Positions 13,128-26,618 of a stretch of 64,000 nt of DNA are shown here, piece by piece. The translations under genes and the position numbers were made by a program. Source of the DNA: Octopus sinensis (taxonomy: Eukaryota); NCBI RefSeq assembly GCF_006345805.1, contig NC_043006.1, positions 32,178,001 to 32,242,000 on the forward strand. The letters run 5' to 3'. The notes below the pieces were generated by a model. That model saw only the letters and a program-made list of their open reading frames with translations, made no database searches and was not told the origin of the DNA. Numbering within the stretch: position 1 is the stretch's first letter; each line of letters begins with the position of its first letter.

Positions 13128-13310
13128 ATGGCTGCCCCCTCGTTATCGAGTATGGCCATTGCACGAAGCTTAACTGTTACTGGTGCTGTGATCGAATGTG
13201 ACTTTTTAGCCCAGCTAAAGATCTACAATGTCTTGTACAAAATTGGCAACTAAAACCTTTACTGGTAATAGCCGGCTGTAGTTGTAACTGGGCTTCATGT
13301 ACGTTTGCAT
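13128..13310 (-). mobile_element. 3' end of an RTE-clade LINE (C-terminal C2H2 finger and 3' UTR)
   Basis: FSCQFCTRHCRSLAGLKSHIRSQH* matches the RTE C-terminal CxxC...SHxRxH pattern; the 3' UTR runs into a (TATG)n tail; the same UTR is on + at about 18960-19030. Confidence 0.7.
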
Positions 13311-13314
13311 GTCG

Positions 13315-13346
<32 letters not shown>

Positions 13347-14169
13347 CGTACGTACGTACATACATACATATCTGGAATTTTGGAGGCCCTGTGATATGTA
13401 ATACACTGCCTAAATACAAATCTTGAGAAATTAGGCTTCTCAAAACCAGAAAGGAGAATGCTACAGATCCAATCCATCACTGGAACTGTAAAAATCTGTA
13501 AAACTTTCCAAAAGTTAATCATTTAAATATGTATGCGCATGTCTTGATACGTAACTATATGCATGAGAACACATACATAAAACATACAAATCTGCACATA
13601 CATACACACACACACATACATACATACATACATACATACATACATACATGCACACATGAGGATACGAAAACAAATATTTGTTTTAAAATATCATCATTAA
13701 ACCGATGTTCTGCATTTACATTAACATAACTCCTTATCTGTATACTTTTATATCAGCTTTCATATCCATAAACCCTTTATGTTCTCTTAATCTCTTACAT
13801 CAAAGAACCTTCAAAACTTTTATATCCATAAATCTATTACAGAAAACCAAACCCCTTCACACCTCCTTGTAATCTGCTGCTTTTTATTTTGTTTTATTTT
13901 GTTTTATTCCATGTAAAAAGGGACAAAGTATGGTACGGTCTGTTGGTTACTAGAAACGTAAAAGTATCATATCCAAATTGTGGGTCTTAGGGCTGTTGTA
14001 AAACGCCTCACGAAATTCGTGGAAGTTAAACGCAAGGAAAAATAGGTATTTAGCTCATTGGAATTGTCCCTTCGATTGGACCCAAAATGCGCCATCTCGA
14101 TAGACATTTCCTGTCACAAAGGCAGCTTGTACAATGCTGGAATATATATATATGTTTATTATGTTTCAG

Positions 14170-14237
14170 ATGCAGTCCAGCTTTCGTTGTCTGATGAACA
14201 GTTGCAATGTTCTAGAGAGAACAACTACCTTCTTGCG
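14170..14237 (+). CDS. Candidate internal exon (MQSSFRCLMNSCNVLERTTTFL-R)
   Basis: tttcag acceptor and GTAACA donor; 68 nt gives phase 0/2, matching the phase-2 start of the 19722 exon. Confidence 0.55.
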
Positions 14238-14278
14238 GTAACATAGTCTCTGCTATTTATTTCTGAAATTGCTTTAAC

Positions 14279-14345
<67 letters not shown>

Positions 14346-14649
14346 CCTACCTATCTATCTATCTACGATCCCTATTAATCATTTTTTCCTCTCCCCCTTT
14401 TTTCCTCTTTTTTCTTCCTTTTTCATTTTTCTTTTCTTTTTTCCCTTTTTTCTTTTTTTTCTTTTCCCTTTTTTTCTTTTTTTCTTTTTTTTTCTTCTTT
14501 TTTTCCTTTTTTTTTTTTTTTCTTTTTTCCCTTTTACGATCCCTTTTGATCGAAAACCTACGCCACTTTTTTTTTTCTCCCCCAAAAGAAAAGCTCTACC
14601 TTGTAACTTGTCCCATCTGTGTGCAGCCCTGTGTGGCCAATAAAGAAAC

Positions 14650-14732
<83 letters not shown>

Positions 14733-14820
14733 GCTATCTATCTATCTAGCTATCTATCTATCTATCCATCTATCCATCTGTCTATCTGTCTGTCTATCTG
14801 TCTGTCTATCTGTCTGTCTA

Positions 14821-14864
<44 letters not shown>

Positions 14865-15149
14865 TCTATCTAAATATTTGTTTGTCCATGTCTCTCTGTT
14901 TATATAGGCGCTCATACACACATCCATCCATACATATATGCATGCATGCATACATGCGTGCATATATATACAGATCGCCAGCCACTACACATTCTTCATT
15001 CTCTCTCCTTGTTTCTTTCTGTGTTCCTTTCTGTGGAAGAGCGTAGGCTCGAAACGTCAAAGACTTCTTCACTTCCCGAGCATTAAAGTAATACATCTGT
15101 TTGTTGTCTACACCACCCGGCTTCGTCTTTTGCTTTTTTGTGAATTCTT

Positions 15150-15200
<51 letters not shown>

Positions 15201-15413
15201 CGTAAATTCATACATGCCTACATACACACATACATACGAACATACATACACACGTACATCTCTTTAGATGTATACATCATTTTAGGCGAGCTTTGGAGCA
15301 TTCGCTTAACACTCACTTAAAGTGAATATTAAAGTATTGACTGCAGGAAGCATTAGAAATATGATCGACCATAATAACGCTTTGACTAAAGAAAGGTATT
15401 AGTTACTCAATGA

Positions 15414-15477
<64 letters not shown>

Positions 15478-15850
15478 GTAATCTCTTTATTGCCTACAGG
15501 GGCTAAACATAGAGGGAACAAACAAGGAGAGACAAAGGGATTAAGTCGATTACATCGACCCCACTGCGTAACTGGTACTTATTTAATCCACCCCGAAAGG
15601 ATGGAAGGCAAAGTCGACCTCGGCGGAATTTGAACTCAAAACGTAAAGACGGACAAAATACTTATTTCTTTACTACCCACAAGGGGCTGAACACAGAGAG
15701 GACAAACAAGGACAGACAAATGGATGAAGTCGATTATATCGACCCCACTGCGTAACTGGTACTTATTTAATCCACCCCGAAAGGATGGAAGGCAAAGTCG
15801 ACCTCGGCGGAATTTGAACTCAAAACGTAAAGACGGACGAAATACCGTTA
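15478..15850 (-). mobile_element. Dimeric SINE (two units of about 185 bp)
   Basis: gtcgattacatcgaccccactgcgtaactggtac...ggcaaagtcgacctcggcggaatttgaactc occurs twice. Confidence 0.8.
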
Positions 15851-16268
15851 GCGGCCTTCTCGTTTGGCAGGAGAATATAATGATATTTCAGAAATGTCGA
15901 CAAAGCAGCAACTTCATTCAATGTATTCGAAATTCCATCAATTTTTAAAAATCGATAATATCTGGCATTAAAATGGAATTTTAAAAAATTACTTCTTTAA
16001 AACAAAAAGTACGATAATAACAAAAAACACAAAATAGTTATTGCAATAATTATCATCCTCGTCATCGCCTTCGTCATCATCATCTGTAGCAGCAGCAGCA
16101 GCAGCAGCAGTAAAGTTCAACCTCCTCAATCATCACAATCATTATCATCATCATTACCTTCATCGGCATCCCCAGCACCGCTGCCACTGCTAACGCCGCA
16201 GCTTCAACTACCACCGACAACGCCAACGCCGTTGTACACATTAAATAATGTCGTTCTGCACACACACA

Positions 16269-16308
<40 letters not shown>

Positions 16309-16925
16309 ACACACACACACACACACAAATATACATACACATACACATGAATACACACAGACATGACGCACGTACATACGTACCTACACGCATGCGCTAA
16401 TACGTATATCAAATAACGGATGGCCACCACCAACATATACATATATATATATTGTCAATATAACATGTAACTGAATAAGAAGCATACTCTAAAGAATAGA
16501 GCAGTAAGTATTAAAACATAACAACCGCGGCGATGCCGGCCCAATGCGCCATAATGACAACAGCAACACCAGTGACACCAACAACATCCCCAGGCCCAGA
16601 TCAGAAGTCTGTTTAGCCAAGGAGAAGACACGTTGCCAAGTAGTTACGTAACTGGACTATCATAGGATCGTTTCCTGGTCCGGGATGTGGACTGTGGTCT
16701 CGTGCAAGCCACTTTACTTTCTCAATCCATCCAGCTGGCAAAAATAAGCTTAAAAACTAGCATGTGCGCAGTAACGAGTCAGTGGAAGGGCCATAAAAGC
16801 TTAGGTGCTGCATAGTCAGAAGGGATCTTGGATGGATAGCGATAATATATAGGTAATTTTTCGTTTTTTTAAAATTTGCTTTGCAAAAATCTTGATGTGA
16901 ACTCGTATGTTGAAACGAATTTTGC

Positions 16926-17363
16926 TGTATCTCGGGAGGGTCATATGCCCTAACTAACACACGCACTGCTTATATTTTATTTCTTTATTATTTATTTGTC
17001 AATTGGTTAACCATTTAGCCAATTAACTAATGGATTATTTAATTAATCGCTCGGTCAATTAATCAATCAGCTACGTTTGTCGAAATCCTTTCGTCGCCAT
17101 TCGTGACCGCATCAATGACATACCCTCTCCATTCCAGGTTTCAGTCTACCTGTCTGTATCTAGAAAGGGAATGTCGCTTATGAGATCGCAAATGGCAGCG
17201 AAAGGGCTTTGATAAATCTACCCGATTGATTGACCAAAAGATTAATCAAACGATCAATTACTTAATTGGTTGATTGGTTAACCAGCTGCGAAATAAAAGC
17301 AAAGAAGTGAAACAGAACCAGTGCGTGTGTTTATTATGGGCATAATCCCTCTCCAGAGATACA
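16926..17363. mobile_element. Imperfect foldback/MITE
   Basis: gtatctcgggagg..atgccc..aacacacgcactg pairs with cagtgcgtgtgtt..gggcat..ccctctccagagatac; pairing continues inward. Confidence 0.6.
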
Positions 17364-18489
17364 TCAAAGTCAGGAAGCTACACTGGCTTATGCAGCAAGT
17401 GGAATTGGTTGGTGCTTAGAATGAATCCGCTGCACTGTACATGATGAAGACCTGAATTTTGTTGGTACTGATGTTGTTATTTCGATCTAGCTCAGTCGTC
17501 ATTGTACAGACCTATGATCAACAGCATTCCAGCTTTTCATTAAAACCCTGCTTTTCATTAAAACCTGGTGTAATATACGATTACATTTTCCTGTATGGCC
17601 GTCCTTAAGGCAGCTGGAAAACGGTTATCTGACGGAAAATTAGCTAATAATTGTTGCAAGTTGGGTATCTACATGGGAGCTTCCTCGTGTGCATATGTAA
17701 CCTCTGCTATTTGTCATTGTTATTTCGATTGTCCGTTGTAGTATAATAGCGGTTGTGTTTGTAGTAGTAGTAGAATGAAAGAGGAAGAAAAATGAAATTA
17801 AGAGTTAAGCTGGTGAAAAAGTTCATCGCAGTTGTGGCTTAAAAAGCAGATGAATCTTCAATGAACATTTTTGACTCACGACATTGCATATATAAGACTA
17901 TATTTAACTATATTTTCTTCGTGCAGAAGGAATCCTTGGGAAATGGTTTTTTGACCATGGTGTCGTTTTGAAGTCATGTAAGACTATCGTGTTCAAAATG
18001 TCCTTTGGTTTTAGAACGGCTAAGTACAATTCTACAAAGAGACATGGTGAAGGCTGGAGAGTAAATCAGCCGAAACATTGTGGTGAAAACAAAAGATGAG
18101 GATACGTATCCGTCCAGTGTAAATAATGTAAATAATATAAATAATGTATCTATGATCTCATAAGCCATCAGGAGGTATTGGAGGAATGGGCTGACGGACA
18201 TTTGACTGCATATGCTCGCAGCTGGAGCGACTGCATCGAGGGTTTGTTTCCCTTAAGTCGAAACCAGATTCCCATAACACACACGTAATTATATTTAGAA
18301 AAACAAAACTAGACAAACATACACACTCACGCATGCACACGCACAAGCATATATGTATGTATGTATGTATGTAAATATGTATGTATGCATGTATGTATGT
18401 ATGTATACGTGTATGCATGTATGTATGTATGTATGTATGCTTGTATATATGTATGTATTTATGCGTGTATGCATGCATGTTATGTCAGG

Positions 18490-19030
18490 TCACTTTCGAG
18501 TGTTACTGGTAACATGTAACCCAGTACAACCTGTTGCATGGTCGGTCGTCGACGACTAAACCGGCAACCCCACCAAGCTTGCTTAGTGAGGAGGGTGTTT
18601 ATTGGACACCCTGCGGGATGAAAGACAAAACTTGTCAAAGGGCGGAGGAACTCTTGAGAGTCAACGGCCATCCAATAAATGTCTTAAGGCATGCGCGCGG
18701 ACATAGAAATAATCGGACTGAATACCTGATCGCGTGGTTAAACCATTGGGAGTGAAGGACTCCTAGCCTTTGTTAGGGCGTCCTTCTAGGAGAAGGTAAC
18801 TCAGGTAACTGGGATAACTCCGACATAAAACCTGCGGCTCAGTGGTTACCGATGATGTTGACTTGTTCTTCTTTTCGGATTATGGCTGCTGTTTCTTAGT
18901 GAGTGGGATTGACTCAGTGCACAGCCTTTCCTCACTTTAAAAAAAATTTTCTTGCACAGGCATTGCACGATAACAACATTGATTAAGCTTCGTGCAATGG
19001 CCATACTCGATAACGAGGGGGCAGCCACCA
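18490..19030 (+). mobile_element. RTE-like non-autonomous element (5' UTR-like part joined to an RTE 3' tail)
   Basis: ccttctaggagaaggtaactc resembles RTE 5' UTRs; the tail matches 13128-13180 on the opposite strand. Confidence 0.45.
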
Positions 19031-19228
19031 TGCATGCATGTATGCATGTATGCATGTATGCATGTATGCATGTATGCACGTATGCATGTTTGCATGTATG
19101 CATGTATGCATGTATGTACGTACGTATATATGTATGTATGTGTGTAAGTATGTAGGTATGCATGTATATATGTGTGTATGAATGCATGTATGTAAGTGTG
19201 GATTTATGTATGTATGTATATAAGTATG

Positions 19229-19263
<35 letters not shown>

Positions 19264-19379
19264 GTATGTATGCATGCATGTATGTATGTATGTATGTATG
19301 TATGTATGTATGAATGTATGTATGTATGCATGTATGTGTGCAAGTATGTACGTATGTGTGTATGTGTTAATTCCATCTG

Positions 19380-19587
19380 CGGCGGGCTGGCAGCATCGTT
19401 AACACGCCGGACGATATGCCGCTAAGCATTTCGTCCGTCTTTACATTCTGTGTTCAAATTCTACCGAGGTCGACTTTGCCTTTTATCCCTCGGGGTTGAT
19501 AAAATAACTATCAGTTGAGCATTGGAGTTTATGTATACAACCTAACAACTTCCCCCAAATTGCTGGCCTTGTGCCAAAATTTGAAAC
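19380..19587 (+). mobile_element. SINE (gaggtcgactttgc family)
   Basis: ggcgggctggcagcatcgttaacacgccgg...gtgccaaaatttgaaacc. Confidence 0.8.
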
Positions 19588-19721
19588 CTTTTTTATCTGC
19601 CTCTCTTTGTTCATATTTTTTTTTCAGCATTTGTCTACTTTTCCTTCCTTCTCTCTTTTCATCCGTCCGTCCGTCCATCCGTCAGTCCATTCATATATTC
19701 TAAAATAATTTTGTTCTTCAG

Positions 19722-19971
19722 TTTTCAACCATGGCAGTGGTTTATAGCAAGTTTGGACTCTTACGATCAATGCCCACTCAACTGCTCACGAGGAGAGTTG
19801 TACGAGAGCACGGTGTATATTACTGAAGAGCCAAACACAGAAGGAAGCACGCGAAGAACATTGGTAACAGATCCAGTCACTACTGCACCACCTACAAACG
19901 GAGGAGATGGTGAAGGCGTCGCCGACTTACAATATAACTCTGTCCATAAATCGGGACAAACTGGGAGTTCG
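19722..19971 (+). CDS. Penultimate exon: Cys-containing segment plus Thr/Pro-rich juxtamembrane stalk
   Basis: ttttgttcttcag acceptor, TCG|GTGAGA donor, 250-nt non-repetitive open frame FQPWQWFIASLDSYDQCPLNCSRGELYES...GQTGSS. Confidence 0.75.
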
Positions 19972-19991
19972 GTGAGAATATTCTTACTATA

Positions 19992-20280
19992 TTCCTCCTC
20001 CTCCTGCTCCTCCTGCTCCTCCTCCTCCTCCTGCTCCTGCTTCTGCTCCTGCTCCCCCTCCTGTTCCTGCTCCTGCTCCTCATTCTGCTCCTGCTCCTGC
20101 TCCTGCTCCTCCTGCTCTGCTCCTCCTCCTGCTCCTCCTGCTCCTCTTGCTCCTCTTCCACCTGTTCCTCCTGCTCCTGCTCCTCCCGCTCCTCCCCTCC
20201 TGCTCCTCCCCCTCCTGCTCATCCCCTCCTACTTCTCCCCCTCCTGCTTCTCCCCCTCCTGCTCCTGCTCCTCCTGCTCC
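19992..20280. repeat. (CCT/CTG)n pyrimidine-rich low-complexity tract in an intron
   Basis: Direct reading; lies after the 19972 donor. Confidence 0.9.
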
Positions 20281-20637
20281 TACACACACACACACACACA
20301 CACGACAATGCTTCATGAAACCTATACTACTTTAATTTATATATATGTATGTATATGTATGTGTATGTGTGTGTGTGTGTGTGTGTGTAACATCTAAATG
20401 CACACAAAAATGCACACATGCACATACGCACACATGCATATACGCACACATTCACACACACACACAGACACAGGCGCACACACGCACATATGCACACACA
20501 CTTTCTCTCACACACACATGCTCGCATGCTCTTACACGCAGACAAACGCACATACATGAACACACACACACACACACAATTACTTATATACAGGAATTCT
20601 TAAGCATCTCTAAAACATTCTGTCTTATATTTTGCAG

Positions 20638-20802
20638 ATCCAAATGTTTAACGCTTGGAATATTGGTCTTATTGCCACCTCGGTAGCAGTCTTGCTAATT
20701 GTCTTATTTATTATCATTGCTGTTATGGCATGGCGGAGATTGAAGGGCCCTCAGGATCTGCGGAATCAGGGCTATTCAAAACTGAAAACTGGCGAATGTT
20801 AA
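20638..20802 (+). CDS. Last coding exon: transmembrane helix and short cytoplasmic tail of a type I membrane protein
   Basis: ttttgcag acceptor in phase with the previous donor; IGLIATSVAVLLIVLFIIIAVMAW followed by RRLK stop-transfer and QGYSKLKTGEC*. Confidence 0.8.
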   Translation: MQMFNAWNIGLIATSVAVLLIVLFIIIAVMAWRRLKGPQDLRNQGYSKLKTGEC

Positions 20803-21208
20803 AACTTCAGTTCGCACAAGACTGTGGGCCTTGGCTGCTGTTCGATATGTGCTCATTCTTTTCTATTTTTGTCATTCTTTTCTATTTTTTTGTCAGTGTC
20901 CACTACTAAGTTTTTCATAAGATTTTCCTATTTCCTGTGTGTACCATTTCTTCATTGGTAAGCTTTGCTGGTTATCTATGAAAAGTTTTATTGTTTTTAA
21001 ATCTATATTTTTCGTATTTTGGGATACGATTACCTTCTACGTATTTTTTTCATGATATCTTGTTTTCTTTTCATGGTTTCGGTTCTTATATATCATGTTT
21101 ATTACATTCTTTGTCGCTAAAAAATTAAAATTATTTTAATGAAACTGTTTCTTGTTTTCCTTAATCAGATATAATCACACACAAACACAAACATATATAT
21201 GTATATAT

Positions 21209-21368
<160 letters not shown>

Positions 21369-21561
21369 AATTATGGTTGCAGAACAAACAAATATAAGGT
21401 CATCCAAGTAACATATCACATCTCGAAATTTTAATCACATAATGCTTTTTCTTACACATAGAATATAGATGCATAAAATCACAGAAGATGAAACAATTCA
21501 TTAATACAAGCATATAAGAGAGATGTGTGAGTATATATATATATATATAATATATATATAT

Positions 21562-21594
<33 letters not shown>

Positions 21595-21651
21595 ATGTGT
21601 GTGTGTATGCATCTATTTATCTATCTGTCTACCCAATACATACATACATAC

Positions 21652-21691
<40 letters not shown>

Positions 21692-22453
21692 GCATATATA
21701 AATACAAGTACATACACATATGTAACATACAAGTAATATAAATGTGAATGTGACAGGCATGGCTGTATGGTAAGTGATCTGCTTCCCAACGTTATAGTTC
21801 CGGGTTCAATCGCACTGTGTAGTACCTTGGCCAAATGTCTTGTTTATACATATATATATATAAGTTTTTGAAAATTTGAAACAAAAAGACATGTTTTTTT
21901 AAAACTGACTGTTGCAGACATGTGAAAATATGGCTGCAATTTCAAATAAAATTTCAAATTAGACTTGCCAAAGTTGAGGGTCTTCCAGCGCCCCACAAGT
22001 CTCTTAATTCCCCCTAGTGCCCATTTGCTCAAAAACGCACCCCCCCTCGAGCTCCAAATGGCCCCCGGGGGTGGAGGGAGGCATATGGCCCTTGTTGAGA
22101 ACTTTTGCTTTAAACTCATCACTCTCTCGCTGCTCTTCTTTGCTTGTCCTTTCTTACTCATTCTCTCCTATTCGACCTCTAATGTATTTTTTTTTCGCTC
22201 CACCACACATATAAATTTCTGCCTGTATAAATATATATACGTAATATACGTATGTATATGCATAAGTGTGTCTGAGTGCGTATTTTATTACAGAATTTTC
22301 ATATTAATAAGAAAAATCCTTAAACATTGATCTCACTCATGTGCTCTACATACATACAAATATACATACATATATATATATATATTTATATATACATACA
22401 TACACACATATATATACATTCAAATGCATATATATGTATATATATATATATGT

Positions 22454-23000
22454 AGGCGTAGTAGTGGCTGTGTGGTAAGTAGCTTGCTTACCAACCACAT
22501 GGTTCAGGGTTCAGTCCCACTGCGTGGCACCTTGGGCAAGTGTCTTCTACTATAGTCTCGGGCCGACCAATGCCTTGTGTGTGGATTTGGTAGACGGAAA
22601 CTGAAAAGAAGCCCGTCGTATATATGTATATATATATTTACTCTTTTACTCTTTTACTTGTTTCAGTCAACTCGACCCCGGGACTTATTCTTTTGTAAGC
22701 CCAGTACTTATTCTATCGGTTTCTTTTGCCGAACCGCTAAGTAACGGGGACATAAACACACCAGCATCGGTTGTCAAGCAATGATAGGGGAACAAACACA
22801 GACACACAAGCACACACACGCATATATATATACATATATACGACGGGCTTCTTTCAGTTTCCGTCTATCAAATCCACTCACAAGGCTTTGGTCGGCCCGA
22901 GGCTATAGTAGAAAACACTTACCCAAGATTCCACGCAGTGGGACTGAACCGGAACCATGTGGTTGGTAAACAAGCTACCTACCACACAGCCACTCCTGCG

Positions 23001-23049
<49 letters not shown>

Positions 23050-23240
23050 TATATATGTATGTGTGTGTGTGTGTAGGTTTGTGTGTCTGTGTTTGTTCCC
23101 CCAACATCGCTTGACAATCGATGCTGGTGTGTTTACGTCCCCGTACTGGGCTTACAAAGAATAAGTCCTGGGGTCGATTTGCTCGACTAAAGGCGGCGCT
23201 CCAGCATGGCCACAGTGAAATGACTGAAACAAGTGAAAAA
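22454..23240. mobile_element. Cluster of microsatellite-containing SINEs in both orientations (+ head 22454-22625; - copy about 22638-23002; + tail about 23070-23240)
   Basis: ggcgtagtagtggctgtgtggtaagtagc... head and its reverse complement ...ccacacagccactcctgcgcc. Confidence 0.8.
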
Positions 23241-23809
23241 AATATATATATACACACATATACACATACAGTAGTACATCGGTTTTCGAACAACTCTGAT
23301 CACGAATAAATCGTGCTTTATATATATATATATACACACACACATCATTGTGTTAGAAGTGTATACAGCTTGATGTATGTATATTCATGTGTAAGGTAAA
23401 TGCCAATTACACCTTAGGACTACTCGTTCGTACAGCCGGATGTCCGGTCGACTGCACACTCTAGCGAATTGGCAAGAAATGATATTTAACCTTGTCATTG
23501 GTTGAAATCGTAGTTAATGTGGATCTTTCTGGTGAACATGTGATCGTTAAAGTTACATGACGTCTATTATACGCGATTTGTTGTAAAAAACATACCAAAC
23601 ACATACACACAAATGCGCGCACACACATGCATTCACGTAGGCACACATGCGTGCGCGCATGCACACGTATTTGCAAACTCGTATTTTTGCAATATTTCGT
23701 CTTCATGGATCACTGGTAATCGAATAAAAATGATTGGGGCACTTCGCATGGGAAGTTCATAAAAACAGCGACTAAACTTCAACGCTAAAAAGAATTTATT
23801 TTGTCTTTG

Positions 23810-24185
23810 CCTTGTTTAAGTCATTAGACTGCGCCCATGCTGGGGCATCGCTTTGAAGAATTTTTTGTCGGACGAATCGTCCCTATACTTACTTATTTTG
23901 TTTAAGGCTGGTATTTATTCTATTGGATCTTTGGCCAAGCCGCTAAGTTACAAGAGCGTAAACACACTAACACCGGTTGTGAAGCGATGGTGGGGGACAA
24001 ACTCAGACACATACGCACACAGATACATATACAACGGGCTTCTTTCAGTTTCCGCCAGCCACATCCACTCGCAAGGTTTTGGACAGTTCGAGAGTATAGT
24101 ATCAAACACTTGCCCAAGTTACCACGCAGCGGGACTGAACCCGGAACCATGTGATTGGGAATAAAACTTCTTACCACAGAACCAC
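23810..24185 (-). mobile_element. SINE, same family
   Basis: gggcttctttcagtttccg...gggactgaacccggaaccatgtg on +. Confidence 0.75.
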
Positions 24186-24381
24186 CTGGAGTGTGATCAT
24201 GCCAGTTTCCCTCTACTAAATATCTTTTGTTTTTTATAGAGGAGATGTGGATCAGATCAGTATCAGTTAACATATAGATTGATTGGTTGAGGTCTGTCAC
24301 GTGGTGAATGGTTGAAAGAGAAATATAACTCTTAAATCATTTGGACTGAATAACTGTATGAATAATTACAGTTAAAATCAT

Positions 24382-24483
<102 letters not shown>

Positions 24484-24512
24484 CATCCATCCATCCATCC
24501 ATCCATCCATCC

Positions 24513-24598
<86 letters not shown>

Positions 24599-26437
24599 TC
24601 CAAAAAAAGGCGATTATCAGTATTTTTAACTGGATCGCTTGAATATTGTGGAAATGCTTTCCACACGAAACCATTGGTAACATTGTTAATCCACAACGAA
24701 TGTGTGTTGTGTTCTTGAGCAAAATACTATTTTCTTATTATTGATTGTAATTATTTGACGAAGATAAGTCTGAATTAAACTAAATACTGATACCAAAAAT
24801 ATACACCATTGACCTTAACGATTTGAGCCAAGAACGTAAATGACTGGGTAATAGGAACAGATACAGGCGTCTTCCTTTGATACAGAAAGTATTTGTTTTC
24901 TACCTTGGAGCTTTAATATCAGACAAATGTAAGGTGATGGATATGGCTGAAAAGAGATGAATTCAGATTTTTTCTTCTCACACGATATGTTTCATCAACT
25001 TGAAGTAGAGTTTTAGTGTAAAAGTTCAGCTTTCCAGTACATTTTAAAAAATGACGTGACTATTAATTACAAAATGAAGGATTTTAATACATCAACGTTG
25101 TTACTTCTTCGCGGGTGTCTAACAAGTATGATTAATTATATCATTGTTAAGAACAAGATGGAATAGAAGAAAGAGAATGATAAAAAAAGCACAAGAAGGA
25201 AAAAGACAGGCGAAGAAGAACAAGAGGAAATAGAAACAGAAGGAAAAGGCGAACAATAACAAGAAGAAAAGAAAAGAATCAGAAAAAAGTTGAAAAAACA
25301 GAAAAAAGGTGAGTATGAAGGTAAAGAAGACGAAGAAAAACGACAAACTATATAAGAATGCTAAGAGTAATTTATTATTTGAGACTGAAATGTAATGTGT
25401 TTGAGGACCATTTGAAATGTTATCATCGTCTGAAAACCACTTCTGTGTCCAGTGTATCTAGGGACTGTGCAAAAGCAAATATTGTAGATTGTAAACACAT
25501 GGTAGCGAAAGAGTTATATAGTAAATATATATAAACATATTGAGTGGTGTTCTTTAAGTAAATATTCTAATCTCAACAGAACAGTACTATATACTGTCGT
25601 TGTTTAGTCTCATGTCAACCCCGATCAAGGACCTATAATCAAAACAATTCCTTCCAACCGTAAACATTCCGTTTTCTTTCAAGTAGGACGTATCCTAAAA
25701 AAAATTATCCATTATGCCTTTATTTTTTTTTGCTAAAAATAGATTTAAATGTGTGATTGTGGGAAAATATCGATTGGCTTATATAAATGGAGTTCTCTCC
25801 CTTGATGGTTTTAAGCATTTGAAAGAATTTTGTTTACTGATTGAACAGATAATTTCGGTTTACTGAAAGTTTCAACTTACAATTTTGTATGAAAGCCTAG
25901 CGTATATGACCCGAGAATGATTTGCCTGCTATTTTATGCAAGACAGAGAGGGTCTGATTCGCAGTTTCTTACTTCCTTCAAGCCACCAGCCACAATAAAA
26001 GGCAATAATTACTGCATTGAAAAAATATGGCAGTGGACATTCAGTTTTGGTACATAGTGTAAATCGTCATTTAGACCCAGGAAAGCTCTGATTCTGAATG
26101 CTTAAATACAATGGGTGGAATAAAGTTCTATGCAAATTTGGTATCCCTGACATGAAGTGGCGCGAATTGTTTGAAAAAATTGTCTGATTCTTTTCTTTTC
26201 TATTAACAGGTAAGAACAAACGAATAATGAAATTGTTATATTTATTTAGGGGTCAGTGAGACTGTTTGCGTAAAGGGTAAAAAGAGGGACACGCTAAGAC
26301 CTGAGTGCATGACAAGTTTCAGGGTGATGTTACCCATCACCTTTAACACTACTAATGCTTTCACAGTTGTGAATTTACTATTAAGTGAAAAAGTGAGCTA
26401 TCATCAGGTCGAACAACCAACAACTACAAAATATTCT

Positions 26438-26618
26438 TTTCGACTCTAGGCATAAAGTCCGAAATTTTGGAGGAAAGGGCTAGTCGATTAGATCGACTAC
26501 GATGCGTAACTGGTACTTAATTTATCGACTCCGAAAGGATGAAAGGCAAAGTCGACCTCGGCGGAATTTGAACTCAGAATGTAACGGCAGACGAAATACC
26601 GCTAAGCATTTCGCCCAG
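26438..26618 (-). mobile_element. SINE (gaggtcgactttgc family)
   Basis: gaaaggatgaaaggcaaagtcgacctcggcggaatttgaactcagaa on +. Confidence 0.8.

Noticed and set aside
14379-14585. Lys/Arg-rich ORF
   Set aside because: Reverse complement of a T/C low-complexity tract.
19711-20397. 228-aa ORF with a Cys/Ser/Pro-rich tail, and the antisense E/Q-rich and R/S-rich ORFs
   Set aside because: The frame runs past the donor at 19972 into an intronic (CCT/CTG)n tract; only 19722-19971 is credible.
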